64,000 nt of DNA from Planctomycetota bacterium (GTDB lineage: Bacteria > Planctomycetota > JAJSAM01 > JAJVHW01). Position numbers and translations under genes: made by a program. Below the pieces are notes generated by a model. It saw only the letters and a list, made by a program, of their open reading frames with translations, was not told the origin of the DNA and did no database searches. The stretch spans positions 736,001-800,000 of the forward strand of contig CBDFJG010000004.1 of NCBI GenBank assembly GCA_965248445.1, given 5' to 3'. Numbering within the stretch: position 1 is the stretch's first letter; every line of letters starts with the position of its first letter. Positions 9,864 through 19,900 of the stretch are shown here, piece after piece.

Positions 9864-10625
9864 CTATGCCCGCACGGCGACGACGACGGCGACCCACGCC
9901 GCGCCGGCGCTCAGGAGAGCCGCAGCGCAGGCGTTCGCCGTCGCGCCGGTCGTCAGCACGTCATCCACGAGCAAGACCCGGCTTCCCTCGACCGATGTCG
10001 CGCGCCGCGGCAACCGGAACGCACGCCGCGCCGTGCGCGGCCCGCAGTAGGCGACGGTCGCGCAGGCCGCGAGGCGCCGCTCGGTCTCGCCCAGCGACGC
10101 CTGGGGCGCCGGGTCGCCGACGCGCGTCAGCCAGTGCCGCTGCAGCGGGAGGCGAAGTACGCGCGCCAGGTCATCGGCCAGCAGCTCGGCGAGATCGAAC
10201 CCCCGCTCTCTGCGTCGGCGACCCGACGCCGGGACCGGGACGAGGTCGTCCACCCACGCGCACTCCGGGAGACCGCGCGCGGCGCGGCGAGTCAGTGCGG
10301 CGAGCGGGAGCGCCAGCAAGCGGTCGTGCCCGTACTTCGCGCGGCGCACGAGTTCCGCCGCGAGACCGGTGTACGGAGCGCCGGCGGCCGCCGCCGCGAA
10401 GCGGGGCCGCATGCGCCGGCAATCCCCGCAGCGCGATGAGAGAAGTCCCTCCCCGAGCGGTGCAGCGCAACGGCGGCACGGCGCCCCATGGGATGCGGGC
10501 ACGTTGGCGAGACACGCGACGCAGAGACCGTGGGCGCTGATCGCGTCGCGCCGGCAGGCTAGGCAGCGCGGCGGCGCAATCAGATCGAGCAGCGCGCCGA
10601 CCGCGCGGACGGGGAACGAGGGCAC
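9864..10625 (-). CDS. comF: ComF family protein (double zinc ribbon plus phosphoribosyltransferase domain)
   Basis: CxxC pairs at the N-terminus, RRERGFD, and the VLLVDDVLTTGAT PRPP-binding motif. Confidence 0.85.
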   Translation of the reverse strand: MPSFPVRAVGALLDLIAPPRCLACRRDAISAHGLCVACLANVPASHGAPCRRCAAPLGEGLLSSRCGDCRRMRPRFAAAAAGAPYTGLAAELVRRAKYGHDRLLALPLAALTRRAARGLPECAWVDDLVPVPASGRRRRERGFDLAELLADDLARVLRLPLQRHWLTRVGDPAPQASLGETERRLAACATVAYCGPRTARRAFRLPRRATSVEGSRVLLVDDVLTTGATANACAAALLSAGAAWVAVVVAVRA

Positions 10626-10708
10626 GGAAGGAGGACGGGGACGCGACCGCCCGCGTCACATGCGGCCGGCCACATCACACGCGATACGTCACCGGAGTCG
10701 CTGGGGCG

Positions 10709-10918
10709 TCATCGCGCGAACCACTTCTTCACGTCGAGCGCGTCGAGAACGCCGTCCCAACCGAACAGGTGAGCCAACGTCGCCGCGAGCAGCAGGGCCG
10801 CCCAGACCCAGAACACGATGAGCAGGGCACGATCACCGCGCGTGGTCCGAGCGTCGGACTGCGGCGCATCCGCGCCGGCATCCGGGGCAACCGTTGCATC
10901 ACTGGTCCGTGCGGGCAT
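10709..10918 (-). CDS. Small membrane protein, unknown function
   Basis: 69 aa with one strong TM helix (LLIVFWVWAALLLAATLAHLF). TAGTCT lies 6 nt upstream of the ATG, and the ORF fills an intergenic gap co-oriented with its neighbours. Confidence 0.6.
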   Translation of the reverse strand: MPARTSDATVAPDAGADAPQSDARTTRGDRALLIVFWVWAALLLAATLAHLFGWDGVLDALDVKKWFAR

Positions 10919-10982
10919 GCGCAGAGACTACACGGGATGCGGGAGGAGGAGCACGGCGCGGGCGGACGGACGAAGAGCCGGC

Positions 10983-13058
10983 TCAGACTTCGTCTTCGGA
11001 GACGAGGCCCTTGTCGATCAGCTGCGTGCGCAGCCGCTGCAGATCGCGCAGTTCCTTGACGAGCTTCATCGGGTCGAGGGGCTCGAGGTCTCCACCCTGT
11101 CCGCGATCCTCGAAGTCCTCGATGCTGAACTCGCCGGACTCGCTGGTGTCGTGGATCTCGAACGGCACTTCGATGCCGTCGAGGCGGCCCTCGTCGCTCA
11201 GGCGCAGCACGATCGGCTCGAGCAACGCGGTCAGATCCTTGACCTTCCCCTTCAGGTAGGTAGCGGCCATGCCGCCGCCGCCCGACTCGATCTCCTCGCA
11301 TTCCTGCGTCTCGTCGGGAACGAGTTCCGCGGGCGAGAGTTGTTCGACCGGCGCTGCTGCGGCCTTCTCGGCGCGGCGCCTCGCCTGATCTGCCTCTTCG
11401 TCACCGACCTCCGAGCCCAGCAACCACGCGCCCTTCGGCTTGTCCCCGGACTTGACGCCCCAGTCATAGGGTTCAGGAGCGAGACCCTCGCGTTCCGGCT
11501 CTTCCTCGAGTCCGTCGTCGTCCACCGGTGCGGGCAACACCGCCGAGAGCGGCTTGGTGCGCGTCCCGGCCGCGCCCTCCGGCGCGCGCAGATGGTGGTC
11601 GTCGTCCACCGGCTGCGGCCGCGCACCGTGGTTGGTGATCGGACTGAGCGGCGGCAGTGGACGGTCGTCGAGAACCGCGCGACGGAGATCTTCGATCGCA
11701 TCAGGTGCCGACGGCCGCTCGTCTGCCCGGCTCTCACGCCGGGCGCGACCGCGCACGGCCGCCTCGCGCATCGAGTCCTCGGACTGGCGAGCGTCCTCGA
11801 CGACCTCGGAGACCGAGGTGTCGAGTGTCTCGCGAACCAGATCCTCGACGGCGCCGAAGAGCTGGTCGAACGAGGTCGAGGGAGAGACGTCGTCGGCGCC
11901 GGACGCGGCCGCGGGAGCCGAAGGAGGGGCGGAAGCTGCCGGAGCCGCTGGCGGCGCGCCGGAGAACGACGGGCGGATCGGCGGGAGCCGGTCCTGCTCT
12001 CCAGCGGCGGACGGCTCCGCGTTACGCAGAGGCGGAGTCCGCACGTCGGTGTCCCGATGGTCGGTGCCGCCGGGGAAGGCGGTCGCGACGGGAGGTGCCT
12101 CCTTCGCCACCACGGGTGGCGCGACGGGGGCGACCACGGGTGCCGCGACTCTGGGAGCAACGGGAGGGGCCGGGATCGCCGCGGGCGCCGGAGCGAACGC
12201 AGCGGCCGAGGCAGGCGGCCCGCGGCGCGAACCCTGAACGACTGGCGCCGGCGGCACGATGTCGGTGTTCGTCGCGCCGTGGTAGGCCTCGGTCTCGGTG
12301 GGCGGATGGCGCGGTGCCGGCTCATGCGCGGGCGCAACGGGTGCGTGCGCGGGCGGAGCCGCGGCCGCGGGCAGCGGCGGCGGGACCTGCGCGGGCGCCT
12401 GCGGAACCGGATCGGGACGTCGCGGAGGCGGCCGGAACGCGGGCGGAGCTCCGCCGGCGCCGTGCGACGACGTAGGTCGCATCGCCGGCGGAGGCGGCGG
12501 CGGAGTGGGAGGCGCAGCGTTCGCCGGGCTGGGGGGCGCCGGGACGTGCGGCGCCACGGCGGGAGCGCCGGAGGTCAGCGTGCGGCCTGCCGGTTCCTCG
12601 TCGCGAACGAGTCCGTGCCGCTTCAGCCGCTCGAGGGCCGAGCGCAGATCGAGACCCTCACCGCCGGACGAATTCGGCGGCGCCATCGTGGGAGCTGCGC
12701 GGGTCGGCGCTTCGAGTTCTCCGTGGTTCGACTCGAACGTCGGATTGGGTGCCGGTGCGGGGCGCGGCGGCATGCGCTCTGCGGCGTCGAACACCTCGAG
12801 GCCCCGTTCGATCGCATCGCGATCTACGCGGGCGAGCGCACCGGATTCGTCCGCCAGTTGCGGCACCATCGCCTCGAGAGCATCCTGCGACTCGTCGAAG
12901 AACTGCCGCACCTCGTCGTCGATGCGATGGTCGCGACGAACCGGGTCCTCTTCCTTGCGCGACTCGCGGAATCGCTGCTCCAGAGCCTCGATCTCACGCC
13001 GGTGGCGCTGGAGATCGAACTCGGGCTCGGGCGGGCTGTCTTTGGATTCGTCGGACAT
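10983..13058 (-). CDS. Pro/Ala-rich, largely disordered hypothetical protein with helical termini
   Basis: 691-aa ORF with typical codon bias: acidic helical N-terminus, long Pro-rich middle, acidic C-terminus. Confidence 0.75.
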   Translation of the reverse strand: MSDESKDSPPEPEFDLQRHRREIEALEQRFRESRKEEDPVRRDHRIDDEVRQFFDESQDALEAMVPQLADESGALARVDRDAIERGLEVFDAAERMPPRPAPAPNPTFESNHGELEAPTRAAPTMAPPNSSGGEGLDLRSALERLKRHGLVRDEEPAGRTLTSGAPAVAPHVPAPPSPANAAPPTPPPPPPAMRPTSSHGAGGAPPAFRPPPRRPDPVPQAPAQVPPPLPAAAAPPAHAPVAPAHEPAPRHPPTETEAYHGATNTDIVPPAPVVQGSRRGPPASAAAFAPAPAAIPAPPVAPRVAAPVVAPVAPPVVAKEAPPVATAFPGGTDHRDTDVRTPPLRNAEPSAAGEQDRLPPIRPSFSGAPPAAPAASAPPSAPAAASGADDVSPSTSFDQLFGAVEDLVRETLDTSVSEVVEDARQSEDSMREAAVRGRARRESRADERPSAPDAIEDLRRAVLDDRPLPPLSPITNHGARPQPVDDDHHLRAPEGAAGTRTKPLSAVLPAPVDDDGLEEEPEREGLAPEPYDWGVKSGDKPKGAWLLGSEVGDEEADQARRRAEKAAAAPVEQLSPAELVPDETQECEEIESGGGGMAATYLKGKVKDLTALLEPIVLRLSDEGRLDGIEVPFEIHDTSESGEFSIEDFEDRGQGGDLEPLDPMKLVKELRDLQRLRTQLIDKGLVSEDEV

Positions 13059-13312
13059 GACTCATTGCCTCGCAGGCGCCTGGCGAGGCCCGGTGACTCA
13101 TCGGGAAAGCCGAGAGGCTGACTGAAACCGCGATGCGAGCCTGCCAGGCTCGATCTTCGGCCCCACGTCGGCGCTGAGGGTCCCCGACTCCCTGCGGAGG
13201 GCAAGACGATCGGCTCCGGCCGGGCTCCCGCGCGTCCGGCGGGCGTAGCGCGCTCCCCCACGCTCGCGCATAATCGCGCGGTGCCGGACGACGACGCCCC
13301 GAGAGCGGATGG

Positions 13313-16300
13313 ATGAGCGGTCTCGAACCCCCGCAGCCACCCACCCAGCTGGCCGGATTCACCGTGGGCGACCGCGTGCGCGCCCGCGGTGTCCTGGCAG
13401 TCCACGCAGGCACCAACAAGCTCGGGGTGCCGGTCGAACTGCACATCGTCGAGGAGGGCGCGTTGCCGGCGGAGTACGGCGTCGGTGAGTTCCTCTCTAC
13501 GGTTCGCGACGCGACGCGGGCGCGTCACGAGTCGCTGGCCGGGTACATCGACGGCGGCGCCGAGGCAGGTGTCGTGTTCGCCGTGGCGCGCGCGGCGGAG
13601 GGACGCACGGTGGACGAGTTGCTCGGCCGCGGCGGTGCGCTCGCGAACGAGCGGGCGCTGTCGATCGCGGCGTCTGTCGCCGATGCGCTCGGGGCGCTCG
13701 AAGAAGTCGGACTACGCCACGGTGATCTCACGCCGCGGCGCATCGCGCTGCCCGGTCGCGGCGACGTCCTGCTGAAGCCTCCCCGTCTGCTGCCCGCGGG
13801 TCTCGCCCCGCGCCGCGCGAGGTATCAGTCGCCCGAAGAGGCACGGGGCGATCGCGGTGACGTACGCAGCGACTTGTTCGTGCTCGGTCTGCTGCTGGTC
13901 GAGATGCTGACGGCGAAGTCGCCCGTGAAGGGCTCGGGCGAACAGGCACGCGCGCATCTGGCCGGTGACCATCTCCGCCCGGTCGCCGACCTTCTCGCCG
14001 GCCGGGATCCCCAGCTGATGCGCATCGTGTCGACTCTTCTGGCGAACGACCCGGATCGGCGTTTTCAGACCGCGGCCGACGCGGCGACCGCGCTCGTGGC
14101 CGTCGCGGGCGGAGAGGCGGTCGATGAGGCGCTGATGCCGTCCGATCGGCCGGAGACAGCGCCGTTCATGGTCCTGCCAGCGGCCGCAACGGCACCCGCG
14201 CGTTCGCCGGAGGCGGCGCGCGGAGATCGCACTGCCCGTCGCGATGCGAAGACCGCGCCGCAGCGCAAGGCCGCGACGCGGAAAGGCGGCGGCACGGCGG
14301 CTACGGCTGCGCAGGCAACCGGGGCACCGGGTGGACGCAAGCCCGGTCGTCTGTTCCTCAAGTCGCGGCTCGGCGAATCGCGTCTGGAAATCGACGAGGA
14401 CATCCACGTCGGCTGGCCGAAGAGCGAAGTCGACGTGCGCGCGTCGCCGGAGGCATGGAGCGGAGCGGCCATCCGGATCGAGCGTCGCGACGACGCCGAC
14501 GTGCTCGTCCCGCTGCTACCAGGAGTCACCGTCGGCGGCGAAGAGGTCGCCGAGTGCGAGTTGCACACCGGTGACGTGGTCGAAGGGCCGAACCTGTCCG
14601 GTCGATACGAACGCGGGCGACGGTCCGCTCTTCGCGCAGCCGCACCACCGGAGGACGGGACGCCGGACAGTCCCGGCATGCGCCGGCTCGTCGTCGGCGC
14701 GATCGCGGGCCTCACGCTGGTGGTGGTCGGGTTCATCGCCGTGCGGACCAAGGGCATCCTGCTCGAGAACAGCGGCGTCGACTCGGCGCGTGCGACCGCA
14801 GCCGCGGAACTCGCGCGCGCCAAGAAGGCCGCGGCGAAGAGCATCACGGGCCCCGCCGAGGGGCCGGGCCCGGAGCGAGCCGCACACGCGGCGTTCGAGT
14901 CGGCACGGGGTCTGGCAAGGCGACGGCCGGACGAACCGGAGACGGCCCGCAAGGCACTCGAGCGGGTCGCGACCGACCATGCCGGAACGGCCTGGGGCGC
15001 ACTGGCGCGTCTCGAAGCCATGGAGCTCGGCCGTCGCGAGCGGACGACGCGGAGCACCGACCTCGACAAGATCATCGCGGAGGCGGAGGCCGACGCCGCA
15101 GAGGGCGCACTCGTCGATGCACTGCGCCGTCTGCGCCGCCTGGCCGACGAGCGCCCCGGGACGGTCGACGCGGGGATCCTCCGCCGGGCCGTGGTGCGGC
15201 TCGACGGCGAGATCCAGGCACAGATCGACGGGGCGGCCGCGGCGGCACGGGTCGCGCTGGCCGCGCAGGACTTCCGCGCCGCGCTCGAGGCGGTGGACGG
15301 CGCGCTCGAGATCGCGCCGTTCGACCGCCGCGAAACGCTGACCGACCTGCGCGAACAGATCGATCGTGCGATGAACCCGTCGGCAGGCACCGGCGGCGGA
15401 AGTACCGGCTCCGTCAACCCCCCGGACCGCAATCCACCGGAACGCGGTGGCGACGGGCCGGCGCCTGTTCGGCCGCCCAACGGCGGAGAGAGCGGCGGGA
15501 CCACGGCGGGCGGCGGCGATCCGGTGGACACCGGACCCGATCCAGCCGCGCGAGACAAAGAGGCCGACACACTCTTCAAGAAGTCCCGCCGTCAGATGGA
15601 CAGCGGGAAGCACGCGGAAGCGCTCGGCGGCTTCACCCAGTTCTTGCGGGAGTACGCCGACACGCCCACCGGCACCAAGCGCGACCTAGAGGTCCGCCGG
15701 CGCATCACGTCGCTCGCCGCGGGCGAGGCCGGGATTATCAAGCTGTTCCGCGGCGTGGTGGAGAAGCGCGAACGGGGCCGCTGGCGGATCACGTACGACT
15801 TCGAGGACGAGGAGCAGATGCTCGATTTCCGGGACGTCAAGGCGTTCCAGGCGACTCCGCGCGCCAAGTGGTCACACGTCTCAGGCGGCACGCGCGCGAA
15901 GGGCTCGGGCGCGTTCATGCTGGACGCGAAGTTCAAGGCCGAGTTCTTGTCGATGCGCGTGCGCATCGACCCGGAACGCGCTCACGACATCGGCGTGATG
16001 TTCTTCGAGCACAACGTCACGAACCGTTTCTACCTCTACACACTTCAGAACAGCTGGTTCAAGCTCGGCAAGGGACCGGGGGCGGAGACGTTCCAGGAGA
16101 ACGCGATCATCCTGTTCGGACCGGACATGTGGCGCGACACGCCGCCGGGCGAGATCGGGTTCGTGCGGAAGACGGGCTCCGAGGAACCGAAGTTCACGCC
16201 CGGGGAGGCGGTCGAGTTGAAAGCGGGCAAGTCCGAGGGCGAAGTGTGGCTGCGCTTCCCCGGCGGGCGGACCATCCGAGGGAGCGCGTACGGCGACGTG

Positions 16301-16438
16301 AAGTACGAGTTCAAGGGCCTCTCTCCCGCAGTGTTCGTGCTCAACAGCTCCGGCTTCTTCGACGACATCGTGATCGAGGGCGTCCCGGATCCGGACTGGG
16401 TGGCCGAGCGATGGCGTGCGATCCTCTCCGAACTCTGA
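13313..16438 (+). CDS. Membrane protein with degenerate Ser/Thr kinase-like domain, FHA-like segment, TM helix, TPR-like helices and C-terminal beta domain
   Basis: HGDLTPRRI, YQSPEEARG and SDLFVLG are kinase subdomain VIb/VIII/IX-like. TM segment is LVVGAIAGLTLVVVGFIAV. Confidence 0.8.
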   Translation: MSGLEPPQPPTQLAGFTVGDRVRARGVLAVHAGTNKLGVPVELHIVEEGALPAEYGVGEFLSTVRDATRARHESLAGYIDGGAEAGVVFAVARAAEGRTVDELLGRGGALANERALSIAASVADALGALEEVGLRHGDLTPRRIALPGRGDVLLKPPRLLPAGLAPRRARYQSPEEARGDRGDVRSDLFVLGLLLVEMLTAKSPVKGSGEQARAHLAGDHLRPVADLLAGRDPQLMRIVSTLLANDPDRRFQTAADAATALVAVAGGEAVDEALMPSDRPETAPFMVLPAAATAPARSPEAARGDRTARRDAKTAPQRKAATRKGGGTAATAAQATGAPGGRKPGRLFLKSRLGESRLEIDEDIHVGWPKSEVDVRASPEAWSGAAIRIERRDDADVLVPLLPGVTVGGEEVAECELHTGDVVEGPNLSGRYERGRRSALRAAAPPEDGTPDSPGMRRLVVGAIAGLTLVVVGFIAVRTKGILLENSGVDSARATAAAELARAKKAAAKSITGPAEGPGPERAAHAAFESARGLARRRPDEPETARKALERVATDHAGTAWGALARLEAMELGRRERTTRSTDLDKIIAEAEADAAEGALVDALRRLRRLADERPGTVDAGILRRAVVRLDGEIQAQIDGAAAAARVALAAQDFRAALEAVDGALEIAPFDRRETLTDLREQIDRAMNPSAGTGGGSTGSVNPPDRNPPERGGDGPAPVRPPNGGESGGTTAGGGDPVDTGPDPAARDKEADTLFKKSRRQMDSGKHAEALGGFTQFLREYADTPTGTKRDLEVRRRITSLAAGEAGIIKLFRGVVEKRERGRWRITYDFEDEEQMLDFRDVKAFQATPRAKWSHVSGGTRAKGSGAFMLDAKFKAEFLSMRVRIDPERAHDIGVMFFEHNVTNRFYLYTLQNSWFKLGKGPGAETFQENAIILFGPDMWRDTPPGEIGFVRKTGSEEPKFTPGEAVELKAGKSEGEVWLRFPGGRTIRGSAYGDVKYEFKGLSPAVFVLNSSGFFDDIVIEGVPDPDWVAERWRAILSEL

Positions 16439-16725
16439 TGAAGCGAACTCAAACCCTCTCGGCGCTCGTGCTCGCTCTGGTCCTCGCGGCCGGGTGTGGG
16501 TCCACCACGCCGACGCGGCCCGACAAGCCAGACCGTCCGGAACGTGAGCTGCCCGAGGGGATGGCCGACGCGCGGGAGGAGATGGGCGCCCACCGCGAGG
16601 TCACCCGCGATCGCATGGACGAGATGATGTCCGGCGGCGAGGAAGTACCGGACCCCAACAGCCCGTGGTACGGCCCGGTACTCGACGTCGTGGGCCTCGC
16701 GTCCAACCTCTGGACCTGGTTCTAG
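16438..16725 (+). CDS. Small lipoprotein (95 aa)
   Basis: ATG overlaps the upstream stop (TGATG). MKRTQTLSALVLALVLAAG-C is a lipoprotein signal with lipobox. Confidence 0.75.
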   Translation: MKRTQTLSALVLALVLAAGCGSTTPTRPDKPDRPERELPEGMADAREEMGAHREVTRDRMDEMMSGGEEVPDPNSPWYGPVLDVVGLASNLWTWF

Positions 16726-16762
16726 CCGGCGGGCTGATTGCGGGGCAATCAGCCCGCCGGCT
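16724..16762. terminator. Perfect 18-bp hairpin between convergent genes (terminator or palindromic repeat)
   Basis: AGCCGGCGGGCTGATTGC-GGG-GCAATCAGCCCGCCGGCT followed by GTGTTT. Confidence 0.6.
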
Positions 16763-16930
16763 GTGTTTCCCTCCTAACACCGCCTCCGGCGGCTACGGAG
16801 GACTCCGCTCCGGCGTCCCGCCTCCGCTCCGCGTTCACTCCTGCCGAACCGTCCACCGGACGCTTCGGCTGCCGCTGCGCGGCACCGTCGTTCACCCCTC
16901 CGTGATTCACGCAACAAGTGCGAGTTCGTT

Positions 16931-16955
16931 GTAGGGGCGGGGCGCTGCCCCGCCC
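16931..16955 (+). repeat. GTAG-family REP-like palindrome
   Basis: GTAG followed by GGGCGGGGC-GCT-GCCCCGCCC, the tetranucleotide-plus-hairpin layout of RAYT-associated REPs. Confidence 0.6.
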
Positions 16956-16985
16956 GCGACCGTCCAATCGTGCGTGGCTCCGTCC

Positions 16986-19900
16986 TCAGCCGCGATGTCC
17001 GCACAGTTCGCACGTCGCGTCGCCGGGTGCATGCCGGTAGTCCTCGTCGCGTGTGGCGTCGAGGAAGCGCTGCACCAGGCCGCGCTCGAGTTCGTCGAGG
17101 GCCGGACGTGTGACGTCGACGTCGTGGGTCGTCCCGTCCGGGAGTGAGAACAGCGTGGCGCGTGCCGGCGGGCGCGCATCGATGCGTGACAACGCCAGTC
17201 CGTACAACTGCATCTGCACGGCGTACGCGCGCGCCGCTCCGTCCACCGCTCCCGCCTTGTAGTCGACGATCACCCAGCCTTCGTCCGTGCGGAACAGCAG
17301 GTCCACCTGGCCGCGCAGGATCGTCGGTCCGGCACGCACCAGGATCGACTGCTCGCGCCGCACGCGGTCACGCGGCAGGCCGCGGACGGCGTCACCCAGG
17401 TCGCTGTCCCTGAACGTCTTGGTCCACTGCACGACGCGAGCAACGTCCGCCCCGCCGGGGGGAGCGCCGCGCGTCTCGGAGCGCAGCGCGTCGCGCACCG
17501 TCTGCTCGATGTCGCCGTCGAACGCGGGGACGAGGCGCTCGAGTGCCAGGTGCACCGCACGGCCGAGCGCACGCCGGCCGAGCGGCGAACCGATCTCGTC
17601 GTCGTCGCCGGGACGGAACGGTCGCTCGCCGTCGGAGATTCCGGGTGATCCCCCATCGAGGTCGAGACTCTCCGGAATGCCAAGCACATGACGCCGACGG
17701 AACGCGATCGGGCAGCGCGAGTACGTCATCACCGCCGACACCGTGCTCTCGAACAGCGCCCCGGACGGGCGTGGCGGCGCCCGGTCTGCGATCGTCATCA
17801 GATCCCGCGCCTCCGCGCGGGCGCGATCGCCCGGATTGCCGCCCGGCGCGCGCCCCGAGACCAGCGCGCGCGACACGTCGCCCATGCGCGACCGGACCGC
17901 ACGACCGGAGGACGAAGGCGGCGCGGCGGCGGCGTGCGCGAGAACGAGGGCCGCGTCCCCCGCGCACGGCGCCACGGCGATGACGCGATCCCACCACGGC
18001 CGCTTTGCGTTGTGCGATGACGAGGACACGGCCGCCGTGAGAACGAGGTGTTCGGACGCACGGGTCACCGCGACATACAACAGGCGCATCGACTCCGCAT
18101 CGTCCCGCGCGGCGTTCGCGGCGCGGATGCGCCGGAACGCGAGCGGGCGCGCCTCCTGCTTCCTCACCGGGCCCCAGGGGAGGTCGGGCAGCAGTCCCAC
18201 TCCGTCCTGGGCGTGGCACTCGAGGCCGCTGGACGGATGGCGGTGCGCTCGCGCCATGTCAGGGACGAAGACGAGGGGGAACTCGAGCCCCTTCGCCTGG
18301 TGCACGGTCATGACGCTCACGGCGCCCGCGCCTGCGATCGGCGCCTCCGTCTCGCGCACCTCGCGCTGGCGAAGCTGGCGGAGGCGGTCCACGAAGATTG
18401 CGAGCGGGACGCCACCCGAGTCATCGGCGGCACGCGCCATGTCCTGGATCTTGCGGAGGTTGGCCAGTCGCTGACGTCCGGACGGGCGGGCCAGCACGAT
18501 CAGGTCGTGATCAGTGGCACGTATCGAACGATCGACCAACTCTGCGAGCGGCACACGACCGCGCACCCGGCGCAGCTCGGCGAAGACGCTCACGAACTCG
18601 ACGAGTCGTCGCGCCGCGCCCGACGTGAGGGACGGCGCGTCTCGATCGCCGCGCGCCACGCGCTCGACCACGTCGCTCAGGGTGCGGCCACCGCGCGCGC
18701 TCGTGAGACGGAACAGCGACTCGTCGTCCAGGCCGCACGACGGCGAGCGGAGCACGGAGGCCATTCGGAGATCATCTGCAGCGCAGTCCACGCAGGAGAG
18801 CAGGTTCGCGAGATCGACCACCTCGCGCGCCTCGTAGAACCCACGGCCCTTCACGACCGTGTACGGGACGTCACGCTCGGTGAGGGCGCGTTCGATCAGC
18901 TTCACGTGCGTCATCGCGCGCAACAGGATCGCGACGTCACCGGGCGCCGCGGGGCGGGTCGATTCGGCCCCATCCGGGCCATCGGCGTTCTCGGGACTCT
19001 CGCTGCGAACGCGCAGCGGGGTCTCCCCCGCCGTGAGCGCTACGATCCTGTCCGCGATCCACCGTGCCTCGTCGATGCGAGCGGCGATCAGCGTATCATT
19101 CGCCAGCAGGGCGGTCTCCACCCGCGGCCCGCCGTCGGCGTGTGCCGGACGGGCCGCGACCAGCGGCCGGAACGGGACGGGGCGCACCCCGAGCTCCGGT
19201 GCGCCGCGCGAGACACCGCCGTCGAACAACGCGTTCACAAACGCCAGCAGGGCCGGCCGCGCGCGGTACGACACGGATAGGTCGACGCGAGCGGTGCCCT
19301 CTCGTTCGGTCCGCTCGAGAAACACCTCCACGTCGGCCCCGCGGAATCCGTAGATCGACTGCTTGGGGTCGCCGACGACGAACAGCGAGCCGTCGCGGCG
19401 GAGAAGCTCCACGAGGCGCGACTGGATCGGGTTCGTGTCCTGGTACTCGTCGACCAGCAGGTCAGTGCGCCTCGCGGCGATCTCGGCCTGCAAATCCGGC
19501 GCGCCGGAGAGCAACTCGAGCGCGCGCAGCTCGAGATCTGCGAAGTCGAGGCGCGCACCGTTGCCCTTGATCTCGTCGTGCAGTTCGCGCAGCCGCGTCA
19601 GCAATCCTGCGAGTTCGCGACGGTGTGGAGCGATCCACGCCTCCGCAGCGGCGCCGTGCATTTCATAGAGCGCGCTCCGCACAGCCGCGAGCGCCGCGTT
19701 CACGTCCGCCGCTCCGGCTCCGGGGAGCTTGATCGATGCGGCGGCGGCACGCGCCGCCACCGCTACGGCCTCTTCGTCCGTCCCCCACGGCAGTCCGCGG
19801 ACCACGCCGAGCGCCGCGTCCGCGCGACGAGTCATCGCGACACTCGCGCCGGCCTTCGCGGTGACGAGGACCGCCGCAGCCGCGGCGACGTCAGCCCGCG

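Noticed and set aside
10818..13121. 767-aa + strand ORF and other long antisense or alternative-frame ORFs (e.g. 5094-7274, 54776-57094, 23156-25069)
   Set aside because: These are shadow ORFs of real genes in high-GC DNA; they are Arg/Ala-rich and have no motifs.
13100..13140. Hammerhead ribozyme or c-di-GMP riboswitch (CTGACTGA, GAAA)
   Set aside because: The core does not fit CUGANGA-stem-GAAA and the GEMM consensus elements are missing.
16749..16988. Selenocysteine read-through of the addA TGA (CxxC-x4-UGA, selB present)
   Set aside because: There is no convincing SECIS hairpin right after the UGA, the spacing differs from the CxxC-x5-C seen in AddB, and the read-through peptide would run through repeat DNA.
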